Assembly: GCA_965230415.1 (NCBI GenBank)
Contig: CBDDKZ010000005.1
Coordinates: 2,415,060 to 2,479,059, forward strand
Length of the DNA: 64,000 bases
From: Cytophagales bacterium
Lineage (GTDB): Bacteria > Bacteroidota > Bacteroidia > Cytophagales > JAAEPT01
Direction: 5' to 3'
How positions within the stretch are numbered: position 1 is the first letter of the stretch; each line of letters begins with the position of its first letter. The notes under the pieces were generated by a model. It did not search any database. It was not told where the DNA came from and was given only the letters and a program-made list of their open reading frames with translations. This document shows, piece by piece, positions 1 through 10,422 of the stretch. The translations under genes were made by a program, and so were the position numbers.

Positions 1-168
1 AACAACGAATCTGAAAAAGAAGTAAAGTTGGTGAGCGTTGAAGAGAATTTTATAGAAGTAAAAGAATTAATGAAAACTAAAAACCCTAAAATCAGACAGT
101 TTAAACAAAAAACTACCAGTATTGATTTTAGTGATATAAAAATGTCAAAGGTTATAATAACATGTTAA
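1..168 (+). CDS. 3' end of the upstream gene, probably ribosome maturation factor RimP (partial, C-terminal 55 codons)
   Basis: Frame 1 is open from the window edge to TAA at 166-168 and sits immediately upstream of nusA. The rimP-nusA-infB order is conserved. Only a fragment is visible. Confidence 0.35.
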   Translation, partial: NNESEKEVKLVSVEENFIEVKELMKTKNPKIRQFKQKTTSIDFSDIKMSKVIITC

Positions 169-174
169 GAAACC

Positions 175-1452
175 ATGGATAGTTCAGTATTAATTGAGTC
201 GTTTGCAGAATTTGCGAAATTCAAAAACATAGATCGTCCTACCATGATCAGGATACTGGAAGATGTCTTCCGTACAATGATCAGAAGAAAGTATACTACA
301 GATGAAAACTTTGATGTGATCATCAATGTAGATAAAGGTGATTTGGAGATTTGGCGTTATAGAGAAATAGTGCCAGATAATGCAGACGTATTCGACCCTA
401 ATGATAAAGATGATGATTTTGAGTTCGATGAGAACCTTCATATAAAAATATCTGATGCAAAGAAGATTGAAGATGACTTTGAAATAGGTGAGGAAGTAGC
501 CGAAGAAGTTAAGCTGATTGACTTTGGTCGACGTGTGGTGATGACAGCCAGACAAACACTGATACAAAAGGTGAAAGACCTGGAAAAAGATATTTTGTTC
601 CAACAGTACAAAGAACTTGTTGGCGAGATCATTACGGCTGAGGTTTATCAGATATTGAGCAGGGAAATTTTGTTGGTAGATGACGAAGGCAATGAACTTA
701 TTCTACCTAAGAACGAACAAATTTCGAAAGACCGTTTTAGAAAAGGTGATGCGGTACGCGCTATCGTTCATCGTGTGGAAATGAACAATGGAAATCCTAG
801 AATAATCATGTCACGTACTTCCCCTGAATTTTTGGAGAGACTCTTTGAGAGTGAGGTGCCGGAAGTATATGATGGTCTTATCAATATCAGAAAGGTTGTG
901 AGAGAGCCTGGTGAACGTGCTAAAGTTGCAGTAGAATCTTTTGATGACAGAGTGGATCCTGTTGGCGCATGTGTAGGAATGAAAGGGTCCCGAATTCATA
1001 GCATTGTTCGTGAATTAGAGAACGAAAATATAGATGTAATTAATTATACTGATAACCTCGAGTTATATATTGCCCGTGCTTTAAGTCCGGCAAAAATATC
1101 ATCTATAAAGATGGACGGCGATAACGGCCGTGTTTCCGTATACCTAAAACCAGATCAGGTTTCTTTAGCAATAGGAAAAGGTGGGCAGAATATCAAATTG
1201 GCCAGTAGACTTATAGGTATGGAAATAGATGTGTATCGCGAACTAGCTGAATTTGAACAAGAGGAAGATGTGAATCTTGATGAATTCGTAGATGAAATAG
1301 AAGACTGGGTCATTGATGAATTGAAGCGAATTGGTTTGGATACCGCAAAGAGTGTACTTGCGTTGACCGCAGAAGATCTCGTACGTAGAACGGAGCTTGA
1401 AGAAGGTACCGTTGAAGAAGTATTTGAAGTTTTGAAACAAGAATTTGAATAA
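175..1452 (+). CDS. nusA: Transcription termination/antitermination factor NusA
   Basis: 425 aa. The N-terminal NusA domain (MDSSVLIESFAEF...), S1 and KH regions (GACVGMKGSRI, GKGGQNIKL) are recognisable, and the gene is followed directly by infB. Confidence 0.95.
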   Translation: MDSSVLIESFAEFAKFKNIDRPTMIRILEDVFRTMIRRKYTTDENFDVIINVDKGDLEIWRYREIVPDNADVFDPNDKDDDFEFDENLHIKISDAKKIEDDFEIGEEVAEEVKLIDFGRRVVMTARQTLIQKVKDLEKDILFQQYKELVGEIITAEVYQILSREILLVDDEGNELILPKNEQISKDRFRKGDAVRAIVHRVEMNNGNPRIIMSRTSPEFLERLFESEVPEVYDGLINIRKVVREPGERAKVAVESFDDRVDPVGACVGMKGSRIHSIVRELENENIDVINYTDNLELYIARALSPAKISSIKMDGDNGRVSVYLKPDQVSLAIGKGGQNIKLASRLIGMEIDVYRELAEFEQEEDVNLDEFVDEIEDWVIDELKRIGLDTAKSVLALTAEDLVRRTELEEGTVEEVFEVLKQEFE

Positions 1453-1493
1453 ATAAGATAAAAAGTCAATTTTCGTAATTAGAAAAGGATCGT

Positions 1494-4415
1494 ATGGCAG
1501 AATACAAAGAAATGCGACTAAGTCAGTTGGCCAGAAAACTAAATGTAGGCACCTCTACAATTGTTGAACATCTGGGTGGCAAGGGCTTTGAAGTCGATAA
1601 TAAACCAAATACAAAGATTACCTCAGAGCAAGTACAGCTTCTCATGCGCGAATTTCAGGATTCGGCAATGGATAAAGAAGAGGCGTCTGAATTGACTATT
1701 GGAAAAAGTCACGTAAAAAACGTAGTGATCGATTCTGAAAATGCCAACGATCCGATCGATGAAACTGCTGTGGTCAGTGACAATGTTGCAGAGGTGCCTG
1801 TAACCAATAAGACTGAAGAATACGCCGAAACTGAAAAGCCGAAACTGCAAGGTATAAAGGTTGTAGGTAAGATTGATCTGGAGAATAAAAAAGCTAAAGA
1901 TCAAGAAGAAACCAAACAAGAGGAACCCGAAGAGCCTAAGGCCGAGCCTGTAAAGGAAAAGGAGCCTGTGAAGGAAGAGGTTGTAGAACAAAAGGTAGAA
2001 AAAGAAAAAGCACCTGTTCAGAAACCAAAACCTGAAGTTAAAAAGGAAGCAGTTAAAGAAATCAAAGAAGAAACTCCGAAGGCGAAGAGCGAGCAGAAAG
2101 AGAAAGAGGTAAAACCTCAAATAGCACCACAGGTAAAGAAGGTGGAGGATAAACCTAAAAAAGAGGAAGCTCCGGTGGTAGTTAAGAAGAAAGAAGAGAA
2201 GAAGGAAGAAGTCAAGAAAGATAATTCCGTTATAAAAGCTGAGGCCGAGTCGCTCAAAGGATTGACTGTTCTGGGAAAAATAGAACTGCCACAAACAAAG
2301 AAAAAAGACAAACCTGTTGCTTCTTCAGATAAAGGAGATGCCAACAAAAAGCGTAAGCGTAAACGCGTTCGTATCGAAAATCGTGTTGACGTAAATAAAG
2401 AAACTCATAAGAAGGGTGGACAAGGTAATCAGGGACAACAGCGCCACGGTGGAAAAGGCGGGCCGAAGAGAGGACAGAAGAGGGCTGAACCTGAAAAGCA
2501 GGAAATTTCTTCTAAAGAAATACAAGATAAAATTAAGGCTACAATGGCCCGCATGGAAGGGCAGCATAAGTCTTCAAAAAGGTCTAAGTACAGAAAAGAA
2601 AAACGTGCCGCTCACGCAGAAGCTTCTGAAGAAGAAAGAATGCGTCAGGAGGAGGAATCAAAAGTACTTCGCGTAACGGAATTCGTTTCTGCAAATGATT
2701 TGGCGTCCTTAATGGAAACAAGTGTTAATGAGGTAATATCTATGTGTATGGGATTAGGCATGTTTGTGTCTATCAACCAACGCCTCGATGCGGAAACCAT
2801 CACAATAATAGCCGATGAATTTGGCTATGAAGTACAGTTTACCACAGCTGAGGAAGAACAGGAAACCAATCTTTTGGAAATTGAAGACGATCCTGAAGAT
2901 TTACAGGAACGCGCTCCAATTGTAACTATCATGGGACACGTTGATCATGGTAAAACGTCTTTACTCGATTATATTCGCGACGCAAAGGTCGTTGATAGCG
3001 AGGCCGGTGGTATCACCCAGCATATTGGGGCATACAGCGTGAAAACAGACAGTGGCAAGAAAATAGCATTTCTCGATACACCTGGTCACGAAGCTTTTAC
3101 AGCGATGCGTGCACGTGGAGCGAAATTAACGGATATAGTAATCTTGGTTGTTGCTGCCGATGATCGTGTAATGCCACAAACGAAGGAAGCAATAAACCAT
3201 GCGCAGGTAGCAGGCGTTCCAATTATTATCGCGATAAATAAAGTGGATAAGTCCACCGCAAATCCAGAAAAAATTAAAGAAGAACTTTCACATGAAAATA
3301 TTCTTGTAGAAGACTGGGGAGGTAAATATCAGTGTCAACATGTATCAGCAAAATCAGGTGAAGGTATCGATGATTTACTTGAGAAGATTTTGCTAGAAGC
3401 TGAAGTGATGGAACTTCAGGCTAACCCGGATCGTACGGCAATTGGTACAGTGGTTGAAGCTTCTCTGGATAAAGGTAGGGGTTATGTGACCAACATTTTG
3501 GTGCAAACAGGGACCTTGAAAATTGGTGATATTATTGTTGCAGGTGCACACTACGGACGTGTTAAAGCGATGCACGACCATAAAGGTAAAAACCTCAAAG
3601 TAGCAGGCCCTTCTACTCCTGTACAGATATTGGGTATGGATGGCGCACCACAAGCAGGTGATAAATTTGTCATCGCCACAACAGACCGGGAAGCACGTGA
3701 AGTTACAAGCAAACGAGCTCAATTGCTGCGTGAACAGGCAGTACGTACTAAGAAACACCTTACCCTGGACGAAATTGGCCGTCGTTTGGCAATAGGAAAC
3801 TTTAAAGAGCTGAACTTAATTGTTAAAGGTGATGTGGACGGATCTGTGGAAGCATTGACAGATTCACTATTGAAGCTATCTACAGAAGAGGTTCAGGTAA
3901 ATATTATTCACAAAGCCGTAGGACAAATTACAGAATCAGATGTGTTGTTGGCAACAGCTTCAGACGCCATTATTCTTGGGTTCCAGGTGAGACCTGCTGC
4001 CGGTGCGAAGAAACTAGCGGAAAATGAAGAAATTGAAATCAGACATTATTCGGTAATCTATAAGGCTATCGAGGAAATGAAAGATGCATTAGAAGGATTA
4101 CTTGAGCCAACAGTGGAAGAAGTGATTACTGCTAATGTAGAAATAAGAGAAGTATTTAAGATTTCTAAGATTGGTACTGTAGCAGGTTGTTATGTACTTG
4201 ATGGTACCATCAAAAGATCTGATAATATCCGTTTGATACGTGAAGGAATCGTAATTTATTCAGGAGCTATTGGGGCCTTGAAGCGTTTTAAAGACGATGT
4301 TTCAGAAGTGAAATTTGGTTACGAATGTGGTTTGAGTATTCAAAACTTTAATGACCTCAAAACAGGCGATATAATCGAAGCTTACGAAGAACGTGAGATT
4401 AAGCGTAAACTTTAA
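1494..4415 (+). CDS. infB: Translation initiation factor IF-2, with a Lys/Glu-rich low-complexity N-terminal linker
   Basis: 973 aa. GTPase G1 motif [20 protein letters not shown] and NKVDK are present, and the C-terminal IF2 beta-barrels are conserved. A KE-rich repeat region lies at about 1900-2350. Confidence 0.97.
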   Translation: MAEYKEMRLSQLARKLNVGTSTIVEHLGGKGFEVDNKPNTKITSEQVQLLMREFQDSAMDKEEASELTIGKSHVKNVVIDSENANDPIDETAVVSDNVAEVPVTNKTEEYAETEKPKLQGIKVVGKIDLENKKAKDQEETKQEEPEEPKAEPVKEKEPVKEEVVEQKVEKEKAPVQKPKPEVKKEAVKEIKEETPKAKSEQKEKEVKPQIAPQVKKVEDKPKKEEAPVVVKKKEEKKEEVKKDNSVIKAEAESLKGLTVLGKIELPQTKKKDKPVASSDKGDANKKRKRKRVRIENRVDVNKETHKKGGQGNQGQQRHGGKGGPKRGQKRAEPEKQEISSKEIQDKIKATMARMEGQHKSSKRSKYRKEKRAAHAEASEEERMRQEEESKVLRVTEFVSANDLASLMETSVNEVISMCMGLGMFVSINQRLDAETITIIADEFGYEVQFTTAEEEQETNLLEIEDDPEDLQERAPIVTIMGHVDHGKTSLLDYIRDAKVVDSEAGGITQHIGAYSVKTDSGKKIAFLDTPGHEAFTAMRARGAKLTDIVILVVAADDRVMPQTKEAINHAQVAGVPIIIAINKVDKSTANPEKIKEELSHENILVEDWGGKYQCQHVSAKSGEGIDDLLEKILLEAEVMELQANPDRTAIGTVVEASLDKGRGYVTNILVQTGTLKIGDIIVAGAHYGRVKAMHDHKGKNLKVAGPSTPVQILGMDGAPQAGDKFVIATTDREAREVTSKRAQLLREQAVRTKKHLTLDEIGRRLAIGNFKELNLIVKGDVDGSVEALTDSLLKLSTEEVQVNIIHKAVGQITESDVLLATASDAIILGFQVRPAAGAKKLAENEEIEIRHYSVIYKAIEEMKDALEGLLEPTVEEVITANVEIREVFKISKIGTVAGCYVLDGTIKRSDNIRLIREGIVIYSGAIGALKRFKDDVSEVKFGYECGLSIQNFNDLKTGDIIEAYEEREIKRKL

Positions 4416-4443
4416 GTGCTTTTGCAGTAAAGTATAAAAATGA

Positions 4444-4482
4444 AAGTCGGTCTTATTTCAAGGTCGACTTTTTTTTTTTTGG
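4444..4482 (+). terminator. Rho-independent terminator downstream of infB
   Basis: A 9-bp stem (aagtcggtc / ggtcgactt, two G-U wobbles) is followed by a 12-nt T-run at 4471-4482. Confidence 0.6.
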
Positions 4483-5676
4483 CTATTCGATTCTTAATGC
4501 CTTTAATAAACTAGGTTTACCATTTACTTGACAGGCAATCAAATAAAATACTCCTCCGTCTTTTAGCTGGTATTTTTTCTTGAGCTGCTCTGGTGAAAGT
4601 GGGTGGTTTCTGCTAATAACGTTGGCCTTATGGCCATCAAAGGCAGTTTTAATTTTCTTTTTATTAGGAGCTAACTCTTGTTTGACCTCAAAAGCACGTC
4701 CGGGAAAGCTTTCAACTAAATCATTACTGGTATATAAATGAGTATTGTGGTCGAGTTTATTTAGCTTAAAACGTTTGGCAAGGGTTTTATAAGCGCCGGC
4801 TTTCATTAGGCTACTATTGGGTTCATATAAATAGTTGCCAATAGAGGATTTAATCTGTATAGTACACTCCGATTCTTCAGGGTAGTTAAATTTAAATGTT
4901 GATTGTGCTCCCGATTCATTTAAGTCAATGGCTTCTATTGTTGGTATATTGTTAAACTCGGAATTAATTTTGAAAAGTAATTCTTTGGTTTCGTTTTTGA
5001 AGCTTACGACAATCACGCGCTCGACATATTTTAGCTCACCGAGGCTTTTCTTTATATCTAACATTGGAGAGGCCTTTATAAACACACGTTTTGTAGACTT
5101 CAATAAAAGGTCCAGGTTGTTAACAACGTCCGGAGTACAATCAGTAAGGCTTACCATTTTACGGTTGTGAAGATCTCTGCGTGCAGGATCAACGTATATG
5201 AGGTCCCATTTTTGTGATGTGTTTTTAAGAAAATCTAAGGCGTTTGTATGGTGGCAGTTGATGTTTTTGGCTCCCAGTGCCAGGAAGTTATGCCTTGCTA
5301 TGTCAGTAAGGTCTGCATTTTGTTCCAGGTAGTCTGCGTGATCAAAATTTTTGGCTATAAAATAAGTGTCTACCCCAAGACCACCTGTTAGATCTAAAAA
5401 TGATTTGCCGTATAATAGCTGCTGTTTGTAACGAGCCGTGTATTCAGAAGAGCATTGCTCCATGGATAAAGAGGGTGGGAACCAAAGCCTTTTTAAATTA
5501 TACCAGCTAGGAATTTTTTTTGATGCAGTTTGCAGCCCTTTAATTTGATCAATTATAATCTTAAAATCGATATCAGGAAATGGGCATCGTTGTAGAGCGA
5601 GCTTATATACGTCCTTATTTCTATTCTCAAAAATATATTCCTGAATGTCCTGTCTATGAAGAATAGTATAATCCAT
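4483..5676 (-). CDS. Class I SAM-dependent methyltransferase (RNA/cap-guanine N2 methyltransferase-like)
   Basis: 397 aa. A SAM-binding motif LDLTGGLGVDT and an acidic DPARR motif are typical of this methyltransferase family. Confidence 0.55.
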   Translation of the reverse strand: MDYTILHRQDIQEYIFENRNKDVYKLALQRCPFPDIDFKIIIDQIKGLQTASKKIPSWYNLKRLWFPPSLSMEQCSSEYTARYKQQLLYGKSFLDLTGGLGVDTYFIAKNFDHADYLEQNADLTDIARHNFLALGAKNINCHHTNALDFLKNTSQKWDLIYVDPARRDLHNRKMVSLTDCTPDVVNNLDLLLKSTKRVFIKASPMLDIKKSLGELKYVERVIVVSFKNETKELLFKINSEFNNIPTIEAIDLNESGAQSTFKFNYPEESECTIQIKSSIGNYLYEPNSSLMKAGAYKTLAKRFKLNKLDHNTHLYTSNDLVESFPGRAFEVKQELAPNKKKIKTAFDGHKANVISRNHPLSPEQLKKKYQLKDGGVFYLIACQVNGKPSLLKALRIE

Positions 5677-5709
5677 AAAAAAAGGGGGCTGATTAAAGAA
5701 GCCCCCATT
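5677..5709 (-). terminator. Rho-independent terminator of asd, abutting the start of the downstream methyltransferase gene
   Basis: On the minus strand the hairpin is gggggct-(10 nt loop)-agccccc followed by TTTTTTTA. It lies 35 nt downstream of the asd stop. Confidence 0.55.
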
Positions 5710-5743
5710 TACATATATACTTTTAAGAGATGTAGCAACGCGA

Positions 5744-6751
5744 TTAAGCCTCTACTTCTGCTCCAACCAGTTTATTTTCGATTAAGAATTCAGCAATTTG
5801 AACCGCATTCGTTGCAGCGCCTTTTCTCAAATTGTCAGCGACACACCAGAAGTTAAGCCCATTTGCAATAGACTCATCGCGTCTGATTCTTCCAACAAAT
5901 ACCTCATTTTTACCATGTGCATCTTTTGGCATTGGATATATGTTATTTACAGGGTCATCTTGTACTACAATTCCTTTTGTATTTGCCAGAAGGTTCACCA
6001 CATCGGCCAAGTCATAGGCTTGTTCAAATTCCACGTTAATGGATTCGGAATGTCCACCCATTACCGGTAATCGAACTGTAGTGGACGTCAATGCAATAGA
6101 ATCATCAGAAAGAATTTTCTTGGTCTCATTAATCATTTTCATTTCCTCTTTGGTATATCCGTTTTCCTGAAAAACGTCGATATGAGGTAATACATTTAAA
6201 TCAATATCGTGAGGGTAAGCTTTTTCACCTTCTACACCCTTTCTTTCATTCATTAATTGATCAACAGCAGCTTTACCTGTACCTGTTACAGATTGATAAG
6301 TGGAAACAACTACCCTTTTAATTTTGTATTTGGCGTGTAATGGTGCCAAAGCCAATACCATTTGAATGGTAGAACAGTTAGGGTTAGCTATAATCTTATC
6401 GTTGGCAGTGAGCTCTGTTGCGTTAATCTCAGGAACTACTAATTTTTTTGTAGGATCCATACGCCATGCCGAGGAATTGTCAATAACAGTTATTCCTGCT
6501 TGTGCAAATTGGGGAGCCCATTCCAGTGAAGTACTTCCTCCCGCAGAGAAAATAGCTATGTCTGGCTTCATGTCAACCGCTTTTTCAAGTGTCGTAACCT
6601 CATATTCTTTACCCTTAAACAATACCTTTTTACCTGCAGATCGTGCAGAGGCTACAGGTATAAGTTCACTAACTGGGATATCGAATTCTGCCAAAACTTT
6701 CAGCATCTCACCACCAACAAGCCCGGTGGCTCCAACAACGGCTATTTTCAT
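5744..6751 (-). CDS. asd: Aspartate-semialdehyde dehydrogenase
   Basis: MKIAVVGATGLVGGEMLKVL is a Rossmann N-terminus, and the active-site region NPNCSTI is present. The listed ORF starts at 6922, but the conserved start is the internal ATG at 6751, giving 336 aa. Confidence 0.93.
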   Translation of the reverse strand: MKIAVVGATGLVGGEMLKVLAEFDIPVSELIPVASARSAGKKVLFKGKEYEVTTLEKAVDMKPDIAIFSAGGSTSLEWAPQFAQAGITVIDNSSAWRMDPTKKLVVPEINATELTANDKIIANPNCSTIQMVLALAPLHAKYKIKRVVVSTYQSVTGTGKAAVDQLMNERKGVEGEKAYPHDIDLNVLPHIDVFQENGYTKEEMKMINETKKILSDDSIALTSTTVRLPVMGGHSESINVEFEQAYDLADVVNLLANTKGIVVQDDPVNNIYPMPKDAHGKNEVFVGRIRRDESIANGLNFWCVADNLRKGAATNAVQIAEFLIENKLVGAEVEA

Positions 6752-7015
6752 TTTGTTATGTATTTTGTCAATTAGATTGCAAAGATACGTAAAAAATGTC
6801 AAAATTAGCCAAAATGACCTGTTGAGGGGGGAGAAAAGAATTTGAGAATTAATTTTTTTTCCAACATAATGAGCATTATGATAAAAAGCAGGACAAAAGA
6901 TTACGTGCAGGTAATGAAGCAATTACAAAATATTTCTATTTTTACGTTTTACAAGTCGCAACCTTTCCAATAATTGGAAGTAAATTAGATTTAAAGACCC
7001 TAATAAAATAAAGTC

Positions 7016-7402
7016 ATGAGTGAAGAAAGTAAACTGCGTTATTCCTCTGAAGAATTAAAGGAGTTCGAGGACTTATTACTTAAAAAGATTGATGTGGCAC
7101 AAAAAGAGCTTGAAGTATATAAAAATGCTTTGAGCAGAAAAAATGATTCAGGTACAGACAATACTACCGGCGCTCTTCATAGTCTTGAAAATGGTGCGGA
7201 TAGCTTGGAAAAAGAAAACCTCAATCAATTGGCTGCTCGACAAAGCAAGTACCTTAAAAACCTGGAAGATGCAATGGTTCGTATCAAAAATGGTACCTAT
7301 GGAGTTTGTAGTGTTACGGGGAAATTAATCTCCAAGGAAAGGTTAAGAGCAGTTCCCCATACAACACAGTCAATTGAAGCAAAGAAAAACCAAGGTAATT
7401 AA
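7016..7402 (+). CDS. TraR/DksA family transcriptional regulator (Bacteroidetes type)
   Basis: 128 aa with an N-terminal coiled coil and a C-terminal DksA/TraR-like segment. Only one Cys is visible, so a canonical C4 zinc finger is not supported. Confidence 0.65.
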   Translation: MSEESKLRYSSEELKEFEDLLLKKIDVAQKELEVYKNALSRKNDSGTDNTTGALHSLENGADSLEKENLNQLAARQSKYLKNLEDAMVRIKNGTYGVCSVTGKLISKERLRAVPHTTQSIEAKKNQGN

Positions 7403-7408
7403 TAGTAG

Positions 7409-7972
7409 ATGGATTTTCTCGTTAATCATGTGGAAAGTCTTATCTTCTGCGCAAATGATCCGATAAGTACTGATGATATACAAGAATGTTTGTCAGAAAT
7501 GTTCGATACAAAAGTACCCGAAGAAGATATTACGCAGGCAATTGAAACACTTGAGAAAAGGTATTCAGATGAACAATTTTCATTTTCTCTTGTAGAGATT
7601 GGAGGCGGAATGCAATTTTTGACCAAACCCGCATACCAGGCAAGTATTAGCATTTTATTGAAGCAAAAATCAAAAAAGAGACTCTCAACTTCGGCCCTGG
7701 AAACTTTGGCAATAATCGCCTATCGGCAGCCAATAACGAAACTCGAAGCGGAACAAATACGTGGTGTTAATTGTGACTATTCTATTCACAAGCTTTTGGA
7801 CAAGGAGTTAATAGAAATAAAAGGTAAAGCTGAAACGGTTGGGAAACCGCTCTTATACGGAACCAGTCAGAAGTTTATGGAATACTTTGGAATAAATAAG
7901 CTAGAAGAATTACCGCAGCTTAAGGATTTTGTGACGAACGAAAACGAAATAGGGGAAATTAATGATCAATAA
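7409..7972 (+). CDS. scpB: Segregation and condensation protein B (ScpB)
   Basis: 187 aa. The winged-helix motif ETLAIIAYRQPITKLEAEQIRGV is the ScpB signature. Confidence 0.85.
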   Translation: MDFLVNHVESLIFCANDPISTDDIQECLSEMFDTKVPEEDITQAIETLEKRYSDEQFSFSLVEIGGGMQFLTKPAYQASISILLKQKSKKRLSTSALETLAIIAYRQPITKLEAEQIRGVNCDYSIHKLLDKELIEIKGKAETVGKPLLYGTSQKFMEYFGINKLEELPQLKDFVTNENEIGEINDQ

Positions 7973-7989
7973 GACATTAAGAGATTTAG

Positions 7990-8802
7990 ATGAAGAAAGA
8001 TAACCAACGCCCAACAACAAATAATAAGAATAAGAAGCCACCGGTTTACGACCGTGAAGTGATGGAGCAGCGTACTTTTGAAGGTGATACGATGCGATTG
8101 AATAAGTTTATTGCTAAGTCAGGTGTATGTTCAAGACGCGAAGCAGATAAACTAATTGCGGAAGGGAAGATTAAAGTAAATGGTAAGGTGCTTACCGATT
8201 TGGGCGTTAAGATTAATATTAATGATAGCGTTGAGTATAATGGAAAACTTCTGAAAAAAGAGCAGTTTGTTTATATTTTATTAAACAAACCCAAGGATTT
8301 TATTACTACTGTAGATGATCCGCAAGATAGAAGGACCGTAATGGACTTGATTAAAGGTGCGGCCGAGGAACGAATTTTTCCGGTAGGAAGGCTCGATAGA
8401 CATACCACAGGCTTACTTTTGTTAACTAATGACGGCCAGCTGGCCGACAGGCTCGCTCATCCGTCAAACAATGTTCGCAAATTATATGAAGCTACGCTCG
8501 ATAAACCACTGGATCCTGATCATTTTCTTGCAATCAAAGAAGGGTTTGAACTGGATGACGGGCCTGTGAGGGTAGATGATATAGCCATTTCAGTTGAAGA
8601 TGATCGAAAAATTGGATTAGAAATTCATATTGGAAGAAATCGGATAGTAAGACGTATATTTGAGCACTTCGGTTATCATGTTATTAAACTTGACCGCGTA
8701 CTTTATGCCGGTTTGACTAAGAAAAATCTCGCAAGAGGACAATGGCGTTACCTTGAGGGACGTGAGTTAATAAGCCTGATGTCCAAAGGAAAAAAGAGGT
8801 AA
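7990..8802 (+). CDS. rluB: rRNA pseudouridine synthase (RluB/RsuA family)
   Basis: An S4 domain (RLNKFIAKSGVCSRREADKLI) is joined to the catalytic motif GRLDRHTTGLLLLTNDG. Confidence 0.85.
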   Translation: MKKDNQRPTTNNKNKKPPVYDREVMEQRTFEGDTMRLNKFIAKSGVCSRREADKLIAEGKIKVNGKVLTDLGVKININDSVEYNGKLLKKEQFVYILLNKPKDFITTVDDPQDRRTVMDLIKGAAEERIFPVGRLDRHTTGLLLLTNDGQLADRLAHPSNNVRKLYEATLDKPLDPDHFLAIKEGFELDDGPVRVDDIAISVEDDRKIGLEIHIGRNRIVRRIFEHFGYHVIKLDRVLYAGLTKKNLARGQWRYLEGRELISLMSKGKKR

Positions 8803-8985
8803 TTCCCTTTTATTACAATACGATTGCGTGTAAATTATAAAAAGTATTAATAGCTTACTTACCAAATTGATTGTCAAAGATTTGTTACAGAAAAGGTTTT
8901 TGGTCTCGATTAATGCCTATAAACAAAAAACAAAAGTTTGCGTTAATAAAAAAGGCTCCTGTGTCGAACAGAAGCCTCTAAGGAG

Positions 8986-9058
8986 TGGTGCTGAGTGGAT
9001 TCGAACCACCGACTCACGGATTTTCAGTCCGATGCTCTACCAACTGAGCTACAGCACC
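8986..9058 (-). tRNA. tRNA-Phe (anticodon GAA)
   Basis: Reverse complement folds as a 73-nt cloverleaf. Acceptor stem GGTGCTG/CAGCACC is 7 bp, the D-arm is GCTC..GAGC, the anticodon loop CTGAAAA gives GAA, and the T-arm is GGTGG-TTCGAAT-CCACT. The discriminator is A and CCA is not encoded. Confidence 0.85.
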
Positions 9059-9072
9059 CTCAAATGGGAGTG

Positions 9073-9102
9073 CAAACATATGACAATAAAATTAAAAAGC
9101 AA
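9073..9102 (-). promoter_or_regulatory. Candidate Bacteroidetes sigma-A promoter for tRNA-Phe
   Basis: On the minus strand a -33 TTG lies 19 nt upstream of the -7 element TATGTTTG (consensus TAnnTTTG), which ends 14 nt before the mature tRNA 5' end. Confidence 0.35.
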
Positions 9103-9110
9103 AAAATAAT

Positions 9111-10406
9111 ATGCAGTTTTTGTCACAAGTCGTTTTTTTTGTGCTACTATGTACAGCCGTAGTGTTATTCTTTCGTAGCTCCAAAAGAATTTGGAATAAT
9201 ATCAAACTTGGAAAACCATTTGACAGATCTGATAATAAATCAGCACGATGGAAGACCATGTTGCTGGTAGCTTTTGGGCAACGAAAAATGTTTAAAAGAC
9301 CGGTTCCGGCATTTTTACACTTGTTGGTTTATAGTGGGTTCTTACTCGTAAATATTGAACTCTTAGAAATTGTATTGGATGGTATATTAGGAACACATCG
9401 TTTATTTGAAAAACCATTAGGCGCTTTTTACGTTTTTCTTATTAATTTTTTCGAATTTTTCGCTGTTGCAGTATTGGTTTCCTGTGCCATCTTTTTTGTA
9501 AGAAGGAACTTTATCAAAATTCGACGTTTCCATTTAAAGGAAATGACAAAATGGCCTAAATTGGATGGAAACCTCATTTTAGTTTTCGAAATAGTACTTA
9601 TGTTGTTTTTGCTTAATATGAATGCAGCAGATACAGCGTTACGCAAATCAGACGGTTTTTTCTTTAGTAACCTCTTCCTGCCAATTTATGATGACGTATC
9701 ACCTGCCAGTCTTCACACCGTTGAACGGTTTTATTGGTGGGCACACATCATCGGTATATTCTTTTTTGCCAATTATGTTCCTTATTCAAAGCATCTGCAT
9801 ATATTTCTGGCCTTTCCAAACACCTATTTCTCAAACCTGAATCCAAAAGGGAAAATAGATAACATGGACAGCGTAACTAAGGAAGTGAAATTAATGTTGG
9901 GTTTACCTGTGGAGCAAACAGAGCAAGCTGCTGAAATAGCACGCTTTGGAGCCAAAGATGTACTTGATTTAAGCCAGAAAAATATTCTCGATGCCTATAC
10001 CTGTACGGAATGCGGGCGCTGTTCGTCCAATTGTCCTGCCAATATAACCGGTAAAAAGCTATCTCCACGTAAAATTATGATGGATACAAGAGACCGGGCA
10101 GAGGAATTGGGTAATTTGAAAAGAAAAAATGGAGGTGAAGCCCTTGACGATAAATCGCTCTTGGGAGATTATATCAGTGAGGAAGAAATTTTTGCCTGTA
10201 CATCATGCAATGCCTGTACAGAGGCTTGCCCCGTTAATATCGATCCATTAAATATCATCTTGCAGTTAAGAAGGTATAAGGTAATGGAAGAAGCACAGGG
10301 TCCACAAGAGTGGAATGGCCTGTACCAAAATATAGAAACGAGCTTTAATCCCTGGAAATTTCCGCCAACGGATCGTTCTAAGTGGACGGAAGCTTTGAAT
10401 AAATAA
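9111..10406 (+). CDS. Membrane-anchored (Fe-S)-binding oxidoreductase subunit (N-terminal polytopic His-rich domain plus 2x[4Fe-4S] ferredoxin domain)
   Basis: 431 aa. There are four or five N-terminal TM helices with conserved His residues, then the cluster motifs CTECGRCSSNCP and CTSCNACTEACP. Confidence 0.7.
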   Translation: MQFLSQVVFFVLLCTAVVLFFRSSKRIWNNIKLGKPFDRSDNKSARWKTMLLVAFGQRKMFKRPVPAFLHLLVYSGFLLVNIELLEIVLDGILGTHRLFEKPLGAFYVFLINFFEFFAVAVLVSCAIFFVRRNFIKIRRFHLKEMTKWPKLDGNLILVFEIVLMLFLLNMNAADTALRKSDGFFFSNLFLPIYDDVSPASLHTVERFYWWAHIIGIFFFANYVPYSKHLHIFLAFPNTYFSNLNPKGKIDNMDSVTKEVKLMLGLPVEQTEQAAEIARFGAKDVLDLSQKNILDAYTCTECGRCSSNCPANITGKKLSPRKIMMDTRDRAEELGNLKRKNGGEALDDKSLLGDYISEEEIFACTSCNACTEACPVNIDPLNIILQLRRYKVMEEAQGPQEWNGLYQNIETSFNPWKFPPTDRSKWTEALNK

Positions 10407-10422
10407 TAATTAGAGGATTTAG

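Noticed and set aside
1623-2294. 223-aa minus-strand ORF rich in Phe/Leu
   Set aside because: It is antisense to the Lys/Glu-rich low-complexity linker of infB. Purine-rich sense codons give a long open frame on the complement. It is an artefact.
6366-6845. 159-aa + strand ORF
   Set aside because: It is antisense to asd, which has strong homology support. It is spurious.
7143-7328. 61-aa alternative-frame ORF inside the DksA/TraR-family gene
   Set aside because: It is the same strand but a different frame from a well-supported CDS. It is spurious.
8867-9109. 80-aa ORF on the + strand
   Set aside because: It runs antisense across the whole tRNA-Phe gene and its promoter. No RBS-like context is present and its composition is driven by the tRNA. 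It is spurious.
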